Source: an uncultured cyanobacterium (GTDB lineage Bacteria; Cyanobacteriota; Cyanobacteriia; Cyanobacteriales; Cyanobacteriaceae). Taken from it: a stretch of DNA of 64,000 nt. The stretch lies in the NCBI GenBank assembly GCA_963749915.1, contig CAVVOP010000022.1:512001-576000 (forward strand). Reading direction: 5' to 3'. The position numbers and the translations under genes are program-made. Below, in pieces: positions 32,711-45,572 of this stretch (position 1 is its first letter; each line of letters opens with the position of its first letter). The notes beneath the pieces are model-generated. The model was not told where the DNA came from, ran no database searches, and saw only the letters and a list, made by a program, of their open reading frames with translations.

Positions 32711-35419
32711 ATGACCACAGATAAAACCCATGATATCATGAGGTACAATTATAACCCCCTCGATTTTATGTTTGCACCGAAATCCGTTGCCTTAATTGGT
32801 GCTAGTGAAAAAGAGGGTAGTGTCGGCCGCACTTTATTGTGGAATTTAATCAGTCATCCTTTTGGTGGCACGGTTTTCCCCATTAATCCTAAACGGAAAA
32901 ATGTTCTCGGTATTAAGGCTTATAGTAGTATTAAAGATCTACCAGAAATCATAGATCTTGCCGTAATTGCAACTCCTGCGGTGACAGTACCGAATATTAT
33001 TCGGGACTGTGTCTCGGCAAAAGTGAAAGGAGCGATTATTATTTCTGCCGGATTTAGGGAAATTGGGGCACAAGGAATTGAATTGGAGCAAGAAGTCTTA
33101 ACAGAGGCTCGTAAAGGCAATTTACGCATTGTAGGTCCTAATTGCTTAGGTTTAATGTGTCCTCCCACTGGATTAAATGCTAGTTTTGCTAGTACTAGTG
33201 CCCGAACTGGTAATGTGGCTTTTATTAGTCAAAGTGGTGCTTTTTGCACTTCAATTCTCGATTGGAGTTTGAAGGAAAATCTCGGTTTTAGTGCTTTTAT
33301 CTCCGTTGGTTCGATGTTAGATGTTAATTGGGGGGATTTGATCTATTATTTAGGGGACGATCCTTTAACCAAAAGTATTGTCATCTACATGGAGTCAATC
33401 GGTGATGCAAGATCTTTTATTTCTGCCGCTAGGGAAGTTGCTTTAACAAAGCCGATTATTGTTATTAAAGGTGGGCGCACAGAGGAAGCTGCCAAAGCTG
33501 CATCATCCCACACGGGGGCCTTAACTAGCAGTGATAAAGTCTTAGCCGCTGCCTTCCGTCGTTGTGGAGTTTTACAAGTAGATACCGTCAAGGAGGTATT
33601 TAACGTAGCTGAGTTATTAGCTAAGCAACCTCGCCCCAAAGGTAGGCGCTTAAGTATCTTAACTAATGCCGGGGGACCAGGTGTTTTGGCAACGGATGCC
33701 CTAACATGGGGTAAAGGGCAATTGGCTTCCCTCAGTGAGACGACGGTACAGGCTTTAAACGAGATTTTACCTACCCATTGGAGTAAAAGTAATCCTATTG
33801 ATATTTTAGGGGATGCTACACCTCAACGTTATGCTCAAGCCCTAGAAATTGCGGCAAAAGATGAAAATAGTGATGCCTTGTTAGTTATACTAACTCCTCA
33901 AGACATGACGGATCCCACTCAAACAGCAGAAGAGTTAACTAAGATGAATGGCAAGATTATAGGTAAACCCATTTTGGCTAGTTGGATGGGAGGAAGTAGC
34001 GTAGCTACGGGGGTAGAAATCCTCAATCGGGCAAACATTTACACCCAAGCCTATCCTGATGATGCGGCGAGGTTATTTAATCTGATGTGGCGTTCTAGTT
34101 ATAATCTTCAAGGTTTGTACGAAATTCCCAGTTTTTCTGAGTCGGATAATCTCATTAATCGGGATTTAGCCACCAACATTATTAGTTATGCCCATCAAAC
34201 TAAACGCACTTTATTGACAGAATACGAATCTAAGCAGCTTTTAGAGGCTTATGCTATTCCCACCGTTACTACTATCATCGCTCAAAATATCGAAGACGCC
34301 ATCACCTCGGCGGAAAAGACGGGTTATCCCGTGGTGATGAAGCTACACTCAGAAACTATCACCCATAAAACCGATGTCGGAGGGGTTAAGTTAAATTTAA
34401 CTAGCCCAGAGGATATTAAACAAGCCTTTCTCGCTATTCAAAATAAGGTTAGTGAAGCTGACTTTTTAGGGGTAACAGTACAACCAATGGTTAATCTTGA
34501 GGGTTATGAGTTAATTTTAGGTAGTACTGTAGATCCCCAATTTGGCCCCGTGTTATTATTTGGTACGGGAGGCCAATTAGTAGAAGTGTATCAGGATCAG
34601 GCTTTGGGTCTTCCTCCTCTTAATAGTACTTTAGCTCGGCGCATGATGGAGCAAACGAAAATTTATAGGGCTTTACAGGGCATTAGAGGGCGAAAACCTG
34701 TAGATTTAGAGAAATTAGAGCAAATTTTAGTATTCTTTAGTCAATTGGTGATCGAACAACCTTTAATTAAGGAAATTGACATTAATCCCCTGTTAGTGGG
34801 AGAAAATCAGTTAATTGCTTTAGACGCACGGGTGTTATTATATGACCCTGAAACTGATAAAAATGACATCACTCTTCCTGCCATTCGTCCTTATCCTAAT
34901 CAACATATATCTCTGGCTCAATTAGCCGACGGTAAACAGATTACAATTCGTCCTATTCGCCCAGAAGATGAACCACAAGTAGTCGATTTCTGTACCGGTT
35001 TATCTCAAGAAACTGTTTATTTACGTTTTTTCCAGTCTATCAGTTATCAGTCTTTGATTTCCCATGAACGTCTTGCCCGGATTTGCTTTGTCGATTACGA
35101 TCAAGAAATTGCTCTAGTGGCTAGTTATCGCCATCCTGATACTAATGAAAGGGAAATTTTGGCCATCGCACGTTTAAGTAGAATACACGGCAATACGGAA
35201 CAGGCAGAGTTGGGCTTATTAGTCAAAGACAATTATCAGAGGCAGGGATTAGGGACATTATTGGGGCAAAGTTTAATTGAAATAGCAGAAAAAGAGGGTA
35301 TTAAAACAATTATTGCCGATATTTTACCCCGTAATCAAGGAGTGCAGAGTTTGTGTAAAAAATTGGGCTTTAAATTGGAAAAAAGTTCTGATTTAGTCAG
35401 AGCAATTTACGTTTTATAA
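32711..35419 (+). CDS. Acetate-CoA ligase (ADP-forming) family / GNAT acetyltransferase fusion (Pat-like)
   Basis: [25 protein letters not shown] and C-terminal [12 protein letters not shown] domain. Confidence 0.92.
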   Translation: MTTDKTHDIMRYNYNPLDFMFAPKSVALIGASEKEGSVGRTLLWNLISHPFGGTVFPINPKRKNVLGIKAYSSIKDLPEIIDLAVIATPAVTVPNIIRDCVSAKVKGAIIISAGFREIGAQGIELEQEVLTEARKGNLRIVGPNCLGLMCPPTGLNASFASTSARTGNVAFISQSGAFCTSILDWSLKENLGFSAFISVGSMLDVNWGDLIYYLGDDPLTKSIVIYMESIGDARSFISAAREVALTKPIIVIKGGRTEEAAKAASSHTGALTSSDKVLAAAFRRCGVLQVDTVKEVFNVAELLAKQPRPKGRRLSILTNAGGPGVLATDALTWGKGQLASLSETTVQALNEILPTHWSKSNPIDILGDATPQRYAQALEIAAKDENSDALLVILTPQDMTDPTQTAEELTKMNGKIIGKPILASWMGGSSVATGVEILNRANIYTQAYPDDAARLFNLMWRSSYNLQGLYEIPSFSESDNLINRDLATNIISYAHQTKRTLLTEYESKQLLEAYAIPTVTTIIAQNIEDAITSAEKTGYPVVMKLHSETITHKTDVGGVKLNLTSPEDIKQAFLAIQNKVSEADFLGVTVQPMVNLEGYELILGSTVDPQFGPVLLFGTGGQLVEVYQDQALGLPPLNSTLARRMMEQTKIYRALQGIRGRKPVDLEKLEQILVFFSQLVIEQPLIKEIDINPLLVGENQLIALDARVLLYDPETDKNDITLPAIRPYPNQHISLAQLADGKQITIRPIRPEDEPQVVDFCTGLSQETVYLRFFQSISYQSLISHERLARICFVDYDQEIALVASYRHPDTNEREILAIARLSRIHGNTEQAELGLLVKDNYQRQGLGTLLGQSLIEIAEKEGIKTIIADILPRNQGVQSLCKKLGFKLEKSSDLVRAIYVL

Positions 35420-35421
35420 TT

Positions 35422-37899
35422 TTATTTTAAAACGGCTACCGTAACCCCGGCACCACCCTCGTTTTGAGGAGCTAGTTCAAAATTACTAACTTGAGGGTGA
35501 TGTTTCAAAAATTCATGAACTCCTGCCCGTAGGCTTCCTGTCCCTTTCCCGTGTATGATCCACAATGATCCCATATCGGTAGCATCAGCGATCGCCTTTT
35601 CCAACATTGGTTCAGCTAAATGCACTCTTTTGCCGCGAATATCGACAGTATTTTGGGACGTTCTCACATTAATAGGCTTAGACGCAGGTTTAGACGAGGT
35701 GACTTGTTTAGAAGGTTGTTTATTAACTGTTACTTTCGTTTTTTCAGGGGTTTGGTCAACTTTTTCAAAGCGTTTGCCGTCTAAAGATTCAATATCTGTG
35801 AAGGGTATTACCATTTTCATGATACCGAAACGGACGCTTAATTGCTCCGTGGCCTCATCAACTGTTAAAACCTCTGCGGTTTGCCCAATGCTTAAAATCC
35901 GCACTTTTTCGCCAACTTTTGGCTTATAGCTTGATTTTACTTGAGATTGCTCTACAGGACTTAAAAAGCGATCGCTAATTTTGGTTAAAGTTTCTGTCGC
36001 TTGGTGAGCATCTTGAGCAGTCGGCTCACCTTTTTTCTGTAATTCCTTGATAACTTGAGCAATTTGACTTTTAGCATCAAATAATAGTTTTTGTACCTCT
36101 TTTTCTTGCTGTAGCTTCAAATCTCTTTCCCTAGCTTGTAAAGACAAGGCTTTTTCTTCTACTTGCTGATAAAATAACTCCGTTTTAGTTAATAAATCTT
36201 GTGCCTGTTTATGTTTATTTTCCTGTTCCCTGCGTTGATTTTCAAGTGCCGCAATTAACTCATTGACATCCTGAGAAAAACCCCCTACTAATTCTTGTGC
36301 CTCGGCGACAATATCCGAAGGTAAACCCAATCTTTGGGCAATAGTAATGGCATTTGATCGTCCCGGAATGCCCCATAATAGTCGATAGGTAGGCTGTAAA
36401 CTCACGTCATCAAATTCGACGGAGGCATTTTCAAAACGAGAATCATTATATTTCAAACTCTTTAACTCTCCGTAGTGGGTGGTGGCAATGGTTAACAGGT
36501 TATGTTCTGCTAAGTATTTCAATATAGCTATGGCGATCGCCGTGCCTTCACTGGGATCCGTACCTGCACCTACTTCATCCAACAACACCAAACACCCCCC
36601 TCTAGTTAAAGACATTCCCCCCGACGGCACCCCCCCCTTGACGAAGAGAGGTTGGCAGGAATCTAAAGCTTCAATAATGCGAATAATACGGCGAATATGG
36701 CCGGAAAAAGTCGATAGACTTTGTTCTAAGGATTGTTCATCGCCAATGTCAGCTAATATCTTATTAAACCAAGGAATTTGAGCGGGATGTTTAGCAGGAA
36801 TATATAAACCCACTTTTGCCATTAATGCCGCAATACCGATGGTTTTCAGGGCAACGGTTTTACCCCCAGTATTTGGTCCTGTAATAGCTACAACCCTTGT
36901 CTCTGGGGTGATCAACACATCAATAGGGACAACTTCATTGCCCTCCTCCTGTTTTTCCTGCCACACTAACAACGGGTGTCGAACTTTTCTTAAACTGATA
37001 CTTTCCCCGTCCTGAAAATTCACAAATTCTGGAGGATACCCGTTTAACCATAAACTATAACGGGCTTTGGCTGTGGCTAAATCTAAAGCTGTGGCAATAG
37101 CTAATAATTGTTCTAATTCTGGCCAAACTTGGGCTACTTTTTCCGTTAATTGCCGTAAAATCTTTTCTTCTTCCTTTTTTTCCTGATTACGGCTAGTTTG
37201 TAAGTTATTCCCTAAATCAATAATAATCCTCGGTTCTAAATACAACGTTGAGCCACTGGTAGAGGTATCATGGACTATACCTTGAATTTGCCCACTATGA
37301 CTTGATTTGACAGGCAACACAAAGCGATTGCCTCTTTGAGTGATAACAGCCTCTTGTAAAGCATTGCTATTTTTTTGAATAATACCCTGTAAAGTTTGCT
37401 GAATTTTACTGCGTAAAGCTTTTATTTTTTGGCGTATTTCACCTAATTGAGGACTAGCCCTTTCTGTGATCTCCCCACGATCATCTATACAATAGTGAAT
37501 TTCTTGCTCTAATTCAGGAAAAGTTCTTAAATCATTAACCAATTTTTGAAGGGTAAAAGTCTTTTCTTCCTCCTCAATTACCCGTCTTAATTTGCGCACT
37601 CCCGATAAAGTTGTCGCTAAATTTAACAACTCATCACCGCTTAAAATGCCGCCAATTTTTGCTCTTTCAATGGAATCCCCAATATCATGAATACCATTAA
37701 AAGACCAATTAGCATTTATGTTAGTTTCTATTTGACAAACTTCCTTCGTCTGCTCTAATAAATGCTCAGTTTCGGTGATACTCGAGGGTATGGGCAAGTT
37801 ACTAGATGCCATCGCACCTAATTTAGTAGCAGCAAAAGTGGAGAGATGTTGACACAACCTCTGCCATTCTAATAAACGGAAAGTTTCTTGTTCAATCAA
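35422..37899 (-). CDS. mutS2: Endonuclease MutS2
   Basis: ITGPNTGGKT, LSTFSGH, LDEVGAGTDP and Smr domain IIHGKGTG. Confidence 0.96.
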   Translation of the reverse strand: MIEQETFRLLEWQRLCQHLSTFAATKLGAMASSNLPIPSSITETEHLLEQTKEVCQIETNINANWSFNGIHDIGDSIERAKIGGILSGDELLNLATTLSGVRKLRRVIEEEEKTFTLQKLVNDLRTFPELEQEIHYCIDDRGEITERASPQLGEIRQKIKALRSKIQQTLQGIIQKNSNALQEAVITQRGNRFVLPVKSSHSGQIQGIVHDTSTSGSTLYLEPRIIIDLGNNLQTSRNQEKKEEEKILRQLTEKVAQVWPELEQLLAIATALDLATAKARYSLWLNGYPPEFVNFQDGESISLRKVRHPLLVWQEKQEEGNEVVPIDVLITPETRVVAITGPNTGGKTVALKTIGIAALMAKVGLYIPAKHPAQIPWFNKILADIGDEQSLEQSLSTFSGHIRRIIRIIEALDSCQPLFVKGGVPSGGMSLTRGGCLVLLDEVGAGTDPSEGTAIAIAILKYLAEHNLLTIATTHYGELKSLKYNDSRFENASVEFDDVSLQPTYRLLWGIPGRSNAITIAQRLGLPSDIVAEAQELVGGFSQDVNELIAALENQRREQENKHKQAQDLLTKTELFYQQVEEKALSLQARERDLKLQQEKEVQKLLFDAKSQIAQVIKELQKKGEPTAQDAHQATETLTKISDRFLSPVEQSQVKSSYKPKVGEKVRILSIGQTAEVLTVDEATEQLSVRFGIMKMVIPFTDIESLDGKRFEKVDQTPEKTKVTVNKQPSKQVTSSKPASKPINVRTSQNTVDIRGKRVHLAEPMLEKAIADATDMGSLWIIHGKGTGSLRAGVHEFLKHHPQVSNFELAPQNEGGAGVTVAVLK

Positions 37900-37948
37900 G
37901 GCTTAATCATGGGATAACAGTCTCATTAATTATCAATAGTACATCAAA

Positions 37949-38305
37949 TTAACGAACTAAGAGACTATGATCATAACTTGGGGCTTTACTGTCAACGGAC
38001 TTAATCTGATATTTGACTAGATTAGCTAATTCTTCTAATTGGCTGATAGCTTCTGCACCTTCTAACTTCATTAATTCTCTGTCGTCTTGCATTTCAGTCC
38101 AAGTAATACCATAATCAGAGACGAGAAAACGAATTAAATGATTGTCCCCCAGGCTGACCATAAAGGAAGCACTAGTTAAATTAGTACCACAAGTGTAACA
38201 CGAGGCAATGTAGTTTCTTTTTTCCAAAACGATTGCTAAGGCTTGAAGATTCATCACTAAATCCTTAACAAATTCCCGATACTGATGTGCTAATCGAATA
38301 AACAT
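37949..38305 (-). CDS. DUF1815 family cyanobacterial protein
   Basis: MFIRLA...LVMNLQALA...ASCYTCG; AGGAGG RBS before ATG 38305. Confidence 0.8.
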   Translation of the reverse strand: MFIRLAHQYREFVKDLVMNLQALAIVLEKRNYIASCYTCGTNLTSASFMVSLGDNHLIRFLVSDYGITWTEMQDDRELMKLEGAEAISQLEELANLVKYQIKSVDSKAPSYDHSLLVR

Positions 38306-38524
38306 TGATTCCTCCTGATGACACCATACTAATTTCAAAGATTCTTAATATTTTTTTAAGATTCTCTCCTTGGATTATATGATATTTTTTCCAAAAAGTG
38401 CAAAATTCCCAATATTTGCTCTAATATCAACATATACCACATAGACGATAATTGATCAATAAGGGAATGGAGAATAAGGAGACAGTTAATTATTTATTAT
38501 AATTCCGAACCCCCGAAATCATCA

Positions 38525-40174
38525 TCAATTACCCATTGCCAAACTGGACTCTATAGCGGTTGAGTTTGTTCCCGCAATTTGGACATAAGATTGACGGATT
38601 TCCCCATTTACCGCTACAGTTTTCGCATCATATAGTTGAGTAGCCAATTTGGGATATAATCCAACACTGATAATTAAGGCTAAGAAACAAGTGGCAATAA
38701 ATATCTCTCTTGGTTTGGCATCTTCGTAAACCGCTTCACCTGGTAAAACACAGTTAGTGCCAAAACAGACAGCAGGATCATTCTCAAAGTTTTCTTTTTC
38801 TTCAGTATCTCCAATAACACACATTTGAATTTTATCTGTGCCATAGAATAGTTGCCTTAACATCGAGAGTAGATAAATAGGAGTCAAAATTAAACCCACC
38901 GCACTAAGAATTACCGTTACGGTGCGGAAACTTGAGTCATAAACATCACTATTACTAAAACCAACAAATACTGCTAATTCACTGACAAAACCACTCATGC
39001 CGGGTAAGGCTAAAGAAGCCATGGCACCAGCCGTAAATAGGGCGAATACTTTGGGCATTGCTTTTCCTATATCCCCCATTTCATCTAAGAACATTGTATG
39101 TGTGCGATCGTATGTTACCCCTGCAAGGAAGAATAATAAGGAGGCGATTAAACCATGAGATAACATTTGCAACATGGCACCACTGATACCTAAATCAGTA
39201 AAAGAAGCGATACCGATTAATACAAAACCCATGTGGGAAACGGAAGAATAGGCTAAACGGCGTTTCATGTTAGTTTGACCAAAAGAGGCAAAACCGCCAT
39301 AAACTATGTTTACAACGCCTAAAATCACTAACACAGGAGCAAAATAAACATGGGCTTCAGGTAATAATCCTAAATTAAGGCGAATTAAGCCGTAACCTCC
39401 CATTTTCAACAAAACTCCCGCTAAAATCATTGACACAGGAGAAGAGGCTTCTCCATGTGCATCAGGTAGCCATGTATGAAGGGGAAAAACCGCCAATTTG
39501 ACACCGAAGGCAATTAATAAACCGCCATAGAGGAGAACTTCTAAACTGATGGGATATTCTTTTAACCCTAATGCCACCATATCGAAGGTGATTTCTCCAC
39601 CACCATATAAAGCCATGGCTAAACCAGCGATAAGGATAAAAACAGAGGCGAAAGCAGTGTATAGCAAAAATTTTGTAGCGGCATAACGTCTTTTTTGTCC
39701 ACCCCAAATAGAGACTAATAAATAGACAGGTACTAATTCTAATTCCCACATGATAAATAGTAGTAAAATATCTTGGGCAACAAATACTCCTATTTGTGCG
39801 GAGTATAGTACTAACATTAAAAAGTAAAATAAACGGGGTTTTCGATCGACTTGCCAAGCAGAAAAGATTGATAAAGTGGTAACTAAACCGGCTAAAAGCA
39901 CTAAAGGCATAGATAAACCATCTACCGATACCGACCAACTTAAACCCAGTTGGGGAATCCATGAATACTGTTCGACAAGTTGTAAACTGGCATTACTTGT
40001 ATCGTAGTGTTGCCAAAAAACGTAGCACATTAAAATAAAATCAATTAATCCGACTCCTAAAGCATACCATCGTAGGTTTTTACCTTCTTTATCCGGCACC
40101 AAGGGAATAAGTAGTGCAGCAGCGAGAGGAAAGGCAATTATTACGGTAAGCCAGGGAAATTGATCCGTTATCAT
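38525..40174 (-). CDS. ndhD2: NDH-1 subunit 4, NdhD2 type
   Basis: [26 protein letters not shown], plus the C-terminal CFGTNCVLP insertion. Confidence 0.85.
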   Translation of the reverse strand: MITDQFPWLTVIIAFPLAAALLIPLVPDKEGKNLRWYALGVGLIDFILMCYVFWQHYDTSNASLQLVEQYSWIPQLGLSWSVSVDGLSMPLVLLAGLVTTLSIFSAWQVDRKPRLFYFLMLVLYSAQIGVFVAQDILLLFIMWELELVPVYLLVSIWGGQKRRYAATKFLLYTAFASVFILIAGLAMALYGGGEITFDMVALGLKEYPISLEVLLYGGLLIAFGVKLAVFPLHTWLPDAHGEASSPVSMILAGVLLKMGGYGLIRLNLGLLPEAHVYFAPVLVILGVVNIVYGGFASFGQTNMKRRLAYSSVSHMGFVLIGIASFTDLGISGAMLQMLSHGLIASLLFFLAGVTYDRTHTMFLDEMGDIGKAMPKVFALFTAGAMASLALPGMSGFVSELAVFVGFSNSDVYDSSFRTVTVILSAVGLILTPIYLLSMLRQLFYGTDKIQMCVIGDTEEKENFENDPAVCFGTNCVLPGEAVYEDAKPREIFIATCFLALIISVGLYPKLATQLYDAKTVAVNGEIRQSYVQIAGTNSTAIESSLAMGN

Positions 40175-40398
40175 AATTACTTGAATTTAATTTTTAATTT
40201 TTAGTGTAATCATCATACTATGTTTTGTTAACTTTTGTTAAAATTCATCTGATAGATCCCTTGGAAAATTAAAATCAGAATCAACCATGAGCGGGAAATC
40301 ATCAATTTTAACAATTATTGCCCATTTCCCATCCCCCATTCCCCACTTCTCCAAGAATTCTAAATGTTGTTTTGCTAATTCTTCATTGTTAATTATCT

Positions 40399-41517
40399 AT
40401 GTATGATTGTATTATAGTTGGTTCAGGTCCAGCTGGTGGCACTGCGGCTTATCATTTGGCGAAAAAAGGGCATTCGATTTTGATTTTAGATAAGGCAGAT
40501 TTACCCCGTTATAAACCCTGTGGCGGTGGTGTTTCTTCTGTAATTCAAGAATGGTTCGATTTTGATTTTACCCCTGCTATTTCTTTAAAAACCAACACGG
40601 TTTATTGTACATGGGAACATGAAAAAGCCATCGCCGTAGATATGAAAGATTATCCGATTTGGATGGTGCGAAGGGATGTATTTGATTATTTTTTAGTACG
40701 ACAAGCCGTCAAACAGGGTGCAATATTGCAGGATAAAACAGAGGTTATTGATGTTGATTATAAAGGCGATCGTTGGATTGTGAAAACCTCTCAGGAAGAA
40801 TTTTTCGGACGTTATCTCATCGCCGCCGACGGTGCAAAAGGTACGATGGTGAAATTATTGGATTTCAAAAAACAAAAAAAATTAGTCTCCGGGGCCCTAG
40901 AAATCGAAATCCCTTTTGAGAATCCATCTAATGATACTTATTTTGAATTTGGCTTTGTGCACCATGGTTATGCTTGGAATTTTCCGAAAGCTGATGGTTT
41001 TTCAATGGGTGCTGGGGTTTTTGCCCAACAACGCAAGGCTCAAAACTACCATAAAATTATCGCCCATTACGCTAGTTTATTCGATCTTACCCTCGATAAT
41101 GCCATAGAACATGGACATCCCATCGCCTTATGGAATGGGGATCAAAAATTACACACCGATAACGCAATTTTAGCGGGGGAAGCGGCCTGTGTGGTTGATC
41201 CTTTTACTGCTGAGGGTATTCGCCCGTCTATTTTTAGCGGTTTAAAAGCCTCGGAAGCAATCCACAACGCCTTATCTGGGGATATTAACGCCTTAGAAAA
41301 ATATAGCGAAATTATGGTAGAACAATGGGGGAAAGAGATGATTTGGGCACAAAGATTATCACAAGTATTTTATCGTTTCCCTCGATTGGGGTATCAAGTC
41401 ATGGAAAAACGTCCTTCTTCAGCTTCGACGATGACGAAAATTTTTAGCGGGAAATTAAGTTATTCTCAAGTCGCACAAAAAGGTATTAATTTGTTAACTA
41501 AATCTCTCCTGCAGTGA
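40399..41517 (+). CDS. Geranylgeranyl reductase family FAD oxidoreductase
   Basis: GSGPAG, PRYKPCGGG, GEAACVVDPFTAEGIRP. Confidence 0.9.
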   Translation: MYDCIIVGSGPAGGTAAYHLAKKGHSILILDKADLPRYKPCGGGVSSVIQEWFDFDFTPAISLKTNTVYCTWEHEKAIAVDMKDYPIWMVRRDVFDYFLVRQAVKQGAILQDKTEVIDVDYKGDRWIVKTSQEEFFGRYLIAADGAKGTMVKLLDFKKQKKLVSGALEIEIPFENPSNDTYFEFGFVHHGYAWNFPKADGFSMGAGVFAQQRKAQNYHKIIAHYASLFDLTLDNAIEHGHPIALWNGDQKLHTDNAILAGEAACVVDPFTAEGIRPSIFSGLKASEAIHNALSGDINALEKYSEIMVEQWGKEMIWAQRLSQVFYRFPRLGYQVMEKRPSSASTMTKIFSGKLSYSQVAQKGINLLTKSLLQ

Positions 41518-41900
41518 CATGCTCCCGACTTTGATGCTTACGCATACAGAGCGGGCTTCTCATCGACTCCAGCTATTGCTTCGGACGTTAGATGAGCTTT
41601 AAGAACGGAATGCCCTACCGCTGTGTATTTGATGTTTCTGGCTGCGTTGTGGTCACGGTCAAGAGAACATCCGCAATTTGAGCAGGAATGCCATCGGTCG
41701 GAAAGCTCTTTCTTGACCTTGTAACCACAATTCGAGCAGTCTTGAGAAGTACCCTTTGGATTCACCGCAATCGTAAGCAATCCGGCTCTTTCAGCCTTGA
41801 TTGAGAGAATTGAGAGGAATTGACCCCAGCCAGCATCATGGGTTGATTTTGCGAGTCTTGTTCTCGCAAACCTTTTGATATTTAACTTTTCATGTGCAAT
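41514..41900 (-). mobile_element. tnpB: IS200/IS605-family remnant: tnpB 3' part plus right end
   Basis: HEKLNIK...DAGWGQF...TSQDCSNCG...[17 protein letters not shown]; the element ends ...GCATGTCAC at 41514. Confidence 0.88.
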
Positions 41901-41929
41901 TTGGGCGCATGGTAGGAGAGTATTTATAC

Positions 41930-44900
41930 TTAAGTTTGAGTTTCTTGACTCATTCTACGATTTTTCAAACACTCTCTCTTAGTTAAACTTAATAATCGAT
42001 CGAATAAAGGCTCACCGATCGTCATTAACTTCAATGAAGGGTATTCATCAAAAATATCGGGATAAAAAGTAACACGGTAACTTTTATGATCAAAATGTAA
42101 CAACCAGGTATTATTTTCTTGAGGTTTAAATCCAATTCCTTTGCTTTTTAGCAGGCGTGAATTAGTAACTATTTCTTCTACTTGTTTACCAGAGATAGGA
42201 CTAGGAGGAATTGATTCATTGATTAGTTGTAAATCTGCATCAACATTCATCGCCATCATCTGTCCTAAATCTGAACGAATGGAGGGATTATTCAATAAAT
42301 CTTCTAATTCACTTAATAACACACCCTCTTCCTCTGGATCTGCCGACATTACAGCTTGTTCAATGAAAGTAGGAACTTGAGCTAATATGGGCTGTAAATT
42401 GCCTACAACTGTTTCAAAAGCATTAATTCTGCTTCTTAACTTTTGATAGACTTTTGCCTCTACCGTGCCATCGTAATAAAAGTTGTGGATACGAATAGTT
42501 GCATGAATTTGTCCGATTCTATCTAAACGTCCTATTTGTTGCTCAATTTGCATCGGATTCCAAGGACAAGAATATTGAAATAAGACACCACAAGTTTGCA
42601 GGTTTAGCCCCTCACTAGCAGACTTAGTACATAATAAAATCTTGATGATACCTTCACGAAATAATTTTTTTATTTCTTCTTTTTTGACAGTTCTCCAATA
42701 ACCATCTTGATACAACTCTCCTCCTCTTCCTGAGTAACAAGCTATCTGAGAACCATATAACTGGACAAGTGTATCTCTAACATAATCCATTGTATCTGTG
42801 TATTGAAAGAAGGTAATTACTGTTTCTCGATTAATCAATTCCTGTCTTAAAAGGGTTAAATAGTGTGAAAGTTTGGTATCTTCTCCTGTTTGTTCGCATT
42901 GTCTTAAAATGTTTTCTAAATACTCTATTTCAGCAGGATCTGTTGGTTGAAAATAGGACTCTAATCCTTGAATGATATTATCATCAGCATCATCTAAGTC
43001 GATTAAGTCATCATCAGTAATGCTGATACCGTCTAAACGACGTTCTAAAGATTTTTTAATGGCATAAAATGAACTCGTTAAACGGCGGCGATACAATGTC
43101 ATTAAAAAGCCTAGTCCCTTTCTATTTTCTTGTTGGGCTAAGTTGTAAAAATGACGCACATAATCACTTACAGCTTGGTATAAGGGAATTTCTCGTTGTG
43201 GTTCAAGGACGATCGCATTATCAAAAACAATTCTATCTGGTATTGGTTTATCTAAAATGCCTCGGCGGTGATATTCCCTTAAAGTATCTCTGGTATGACG
43301 AAACATTAAATCTTTGAGAGGGGTATTCACAGTTAAAAATTGTCGGGAAGCATCGATAAAACTTTTATCTTGAGATAGTCGTTTGGAGTTAGCGATCGCT
43401 TTTCCTTTTTCCCATGTATCTTTAAGAGAATAGAGTAATAAACGGTTATTGTTTCTCAAATATTGCTCTAGTAAAGGACAAGACTTACCTCCTTGTTGAA
43501 AGTAATCTACGGCTAGAGATTGCCAAAATTCAAGTTTTTGAGGGTTAGCTGGTTGCGGTAAACTATCAAAATAGTCACAAAAGTTATCTTGATATTGCCA
43601 CAATCCTTTTAAACCAACCAGATGCAGTAAGTCAAAAATTTCTACCGCATCCATTTGCATAGGGGTAGCGGTTAATAGTAACAAGGATTTGGTTTTATCT
43701 TTCAACTTCCTGAGTAAACTCAGTAAGCGATTGGGGTTATCTTCCCTTTGTTGAGGGTTACGACGACGGGCATGATGTGCTTCATCTACTACTACTAAAT
43801 CCCAATCATTAGCCTCTAATAATTCGTTAGCACGCTCTTGCATTCGCACAAGGTGGGAAGAAGCTAAGATTAAATCGACTTCATTCCAAGGGTTAGAAAT
43901 AGGTGTAATAGTTTCTCCGTCAGGATTGGTAAAAATTCCTTTACTGTAACTCCAAAAATGAAGGTTAAATTTTTCTCTTAATTCTTCATGCCATTGAGGT
44001 TGTACACTAGCAGGTGCAAGGATTAAGACTCGTTTTGCTTGACGGGAAACTAATAAATATCTGGTGATAATACCAGTACTAATAGTTTTACCTAAGCCTA
44101 CTTCATCACTGATCAAAGCAGAGGTAGGAAACTTGCCAGTGAATTGTCTTAAGATTTTGGTTTGATGTATCCAAGGTTTGATGGGTATTGATTCTAAACT
44201 GTAAGCAAAACAGCCTTGATGTTGATGAATATTAAGTAAAGGCTCAAATAATTTTAACTCTCTTTCAATTTCTGTTGGGGTTAATTCAATCTTTTTAGCT
44301 TGATTTTTTTCTATTTCGTCATCATTCCCAATCCTATCATTTGATTCATCTCTACTAACTGTACTCTGTTCACTGTTATCTGTACTCTGCTCACTGTTCA
44401 CTACCAAATCATCTTCTTTTTTCCAGATGGGTTTAGTAGAGGGAGTATAACGCAGTAATTTTTTTTTAATGGCTTCAGGAATCTCAAAAACTCTGACATT
44501 TTCTGCTAAATTATTCCATAATTTATCAAATCTAAATTGCTCTTCATTAACTCTTTGTAAATCTCTTTCTCCTTCCCAAGCACAATAAACGTGAAATGAT
44601 TCTACATTTGTTTCCCAGCCTCCTATTGATTCATTATTGGAGCCACTAAAAGCAATTTTATTTCCTTCTCTATCTGTAAAAATACCCGTTTTTTCATGAA
44701 ATAATTTATGTTTATTTAATTGTTCTGGTAAGCCATTTTTTTGTAGAGGAATCGCAATTTTTATATCTAAAAAATGATGGGCTATTAACCAACTTAAAAT
44801 TTGAAAATGTTTAACCCCCGCAAAATTTTCTGGCTCTTTTAATTCTCTATTTAAACGGTACTCTAATTTCTCTTTTAATTCATAGCCAAGAGCGATCGCT

Positions 44901-45130
44901 TTCAAGTCATGATGACTAAATTCACAACCCATAATTAAACGCATTTTGCCCTCATTATAGAGCATTGCACCTAATCCTTGAGCTACTTTAGATAAAATGG
45001 CACTATTGAAAAAACCTGATTTACGATCATATGCCACTGCACTTTCAAGGGCGGGAATATAAAAGTCAGCAATGGGGTTATTTTCATTACTTGAGTAACT
45101 AATTAACCAATCTTTTTCTGTTAACAACAT
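41930..45130 (-). CDS. PLD-nuclease / SNF2 helicase fusion of a DUF499-DUF1156 restriction-like system
   Basis: FHEKTG...SGSNNES (PLD), [34 protein letters not shown]. Confidence 0.9.
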   Translation of the reverse strand: MLLTEKDWLISYSSNENNPIADFYIPALESAVAYDRKSGFFNSAILSKVAQGLGAMLYNEGKMRLIMGCEFSHHDLKAIALGYELKEKLEYRLNRELKEPENFAGVKHFQILSWLIAHHFLDIKIAIPLQKNGLPEQLNKHKLFHEKTGIFTDREGNKIAFSGSNNESIGGWETNVESFHVYCAWEGERDLQRVNEEQFRFDKLWNNLAENVRVFEIPEAIKKKLLRYTPSTKPIWKKEDDLVVNSEQSTDNSEQSTVSRDESNDRIGNDDEIEKNQAKKIELTPTEIERELKLFEPLLNIHQHQGCFAYSLESIPIKPWIHQTKILRQFTGKFPTSALISDEVGLGKTISTGIITRYLLVSRQAKRVLILAPASVQPQWHEELREKFNLHFWSYSKGIFTNPDGETITPISNPWNEVDLILASSHLVRMQERANELLEANDWDLVVVDEAHHARRRNPQQREDNPNRLLSLLRKLKDKTKSLLLLTATPMQMDAVEIFDLLHLVGLKGLWQYQDNFCDYFDSLPQPANPQKLEFWQSLAVDYFQQGGKSCPLLEQYLRNNNRLLLYSLKDTWEKGKAIANSKRLSQDKSFIDASRQFLTVNTPLKDLMFRHTRDTLREYHRRGILDKPIPDRIVFDNAIVLEPQREIPLYQAVSDYVRHFYNLAQQENRKGLGFLMTLYRRRLTSSFYAIKKSLERRLDGISITDDDLIDLDDADDNIIQGLESYFQPTDPAEIEYLENILRQCEQTGEDTKLSHYLTLLRQELINRETVITFFQYTDTMDYVRDTLVQLYGSQIACYSGRGGELYQDGYWRTVKKEEIKKLFREGIIKILLCTKSASEGLNLQTCGVLFQYSCPWNPMQIEQQIGRLDRIGQIHATIRIHNFYYDGTVEAKVYQKLRSRINAFETVVGNLQPILAQVPTFIEQAVMSADPEEEGVLLSELEDLLNNPSIRSDLGQMMAMNVDADLQLINESIPPSPISGKQVEEIVTNSRLLKSKGIGFKPQENNTWLLHFDHKSYRVTFYPDIFDEYPSLKLMTIGEPLFDRLLSLTKRECLKNRRMSQETQT

Positions 45131-45180
45131 TACAGATTACAGTGAACAGATTACAGTGAACAGATTACAGTGAGCAGTGA
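45131..45180. repeat. CAGTGAA-type heptamer array directly before the SNF2 start
   Basis: TACAGATTACAGTGAACAGATTACAGTGAACAGATTACAGTGAGCAGTGA. Confidence 0.9.
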
Positions 45181-45187
45181 AAAAATA

Positions 45188-45541
45188 TTATTTTTTGTTT
45201 TTGCTTGTCTTAATACTAGATATTAAAATTTTTAGGATTTCTTTCAAATCGAAAATAATTGAATTATAACCTTTTTCTCCAATATAGTTTGATTGATATA
45301 GTAATTCCAACCAATATTCAGATTCATTGGCTTCTTTTAAGGCGATAGATAACTTATGGATGAAATCGGCTTTGCTTTCGGCATACTCTGATTCCCTTAC
45401 CAAAGCACCAATAGAAGTACCACTTCTTAGAAGTTGTTTTGATAAAACATATTCTTTCTTTTCCTCTGTCAAATACTGATAAAGTTTAATAATTCTCAAA
45501 GCAAAAGCAAAAGACTTATTTTTCAAAAATGGTTCACTCAT
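45188..45541 (-). CDS. Four helix bundle protein (TIGR02436-like)
   Basis: KSFAFALRI, QLLRSGTSIGALVRE, SKADFIHKLSIALKEANESEYWL. Confidence 0.92.
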   Translation of the reverse strand: MSEPFLKNKSFAFALRIIKLYQYLTEEKKEYVLSKQLLRSGTSIGALVRESEYAESKADFIHKLSIALKEANESEYWLELLYQSNYIGEKGYNSIIFDLKEILKILISSIKTSKNKK

Positions 45542-45572
45542 CAAGAATTACTTTTAACACTTATAATAAACT

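Noticed and set aside
39462..39962. 166-aa alternative-frame ORF inside ndhD2, and other nested or antisense ORFs in the track
   Set aside because: They lie wholly within conserved genes and are best explained as shadow ORFs.
45131..45180. Heptamer arrays as CRISPR repeats or DGR template/variable repeats
   Set aside because: No spacers, cas genes or reverse transcriptase in the window, and no adenine-specific mismatch pair was seen.
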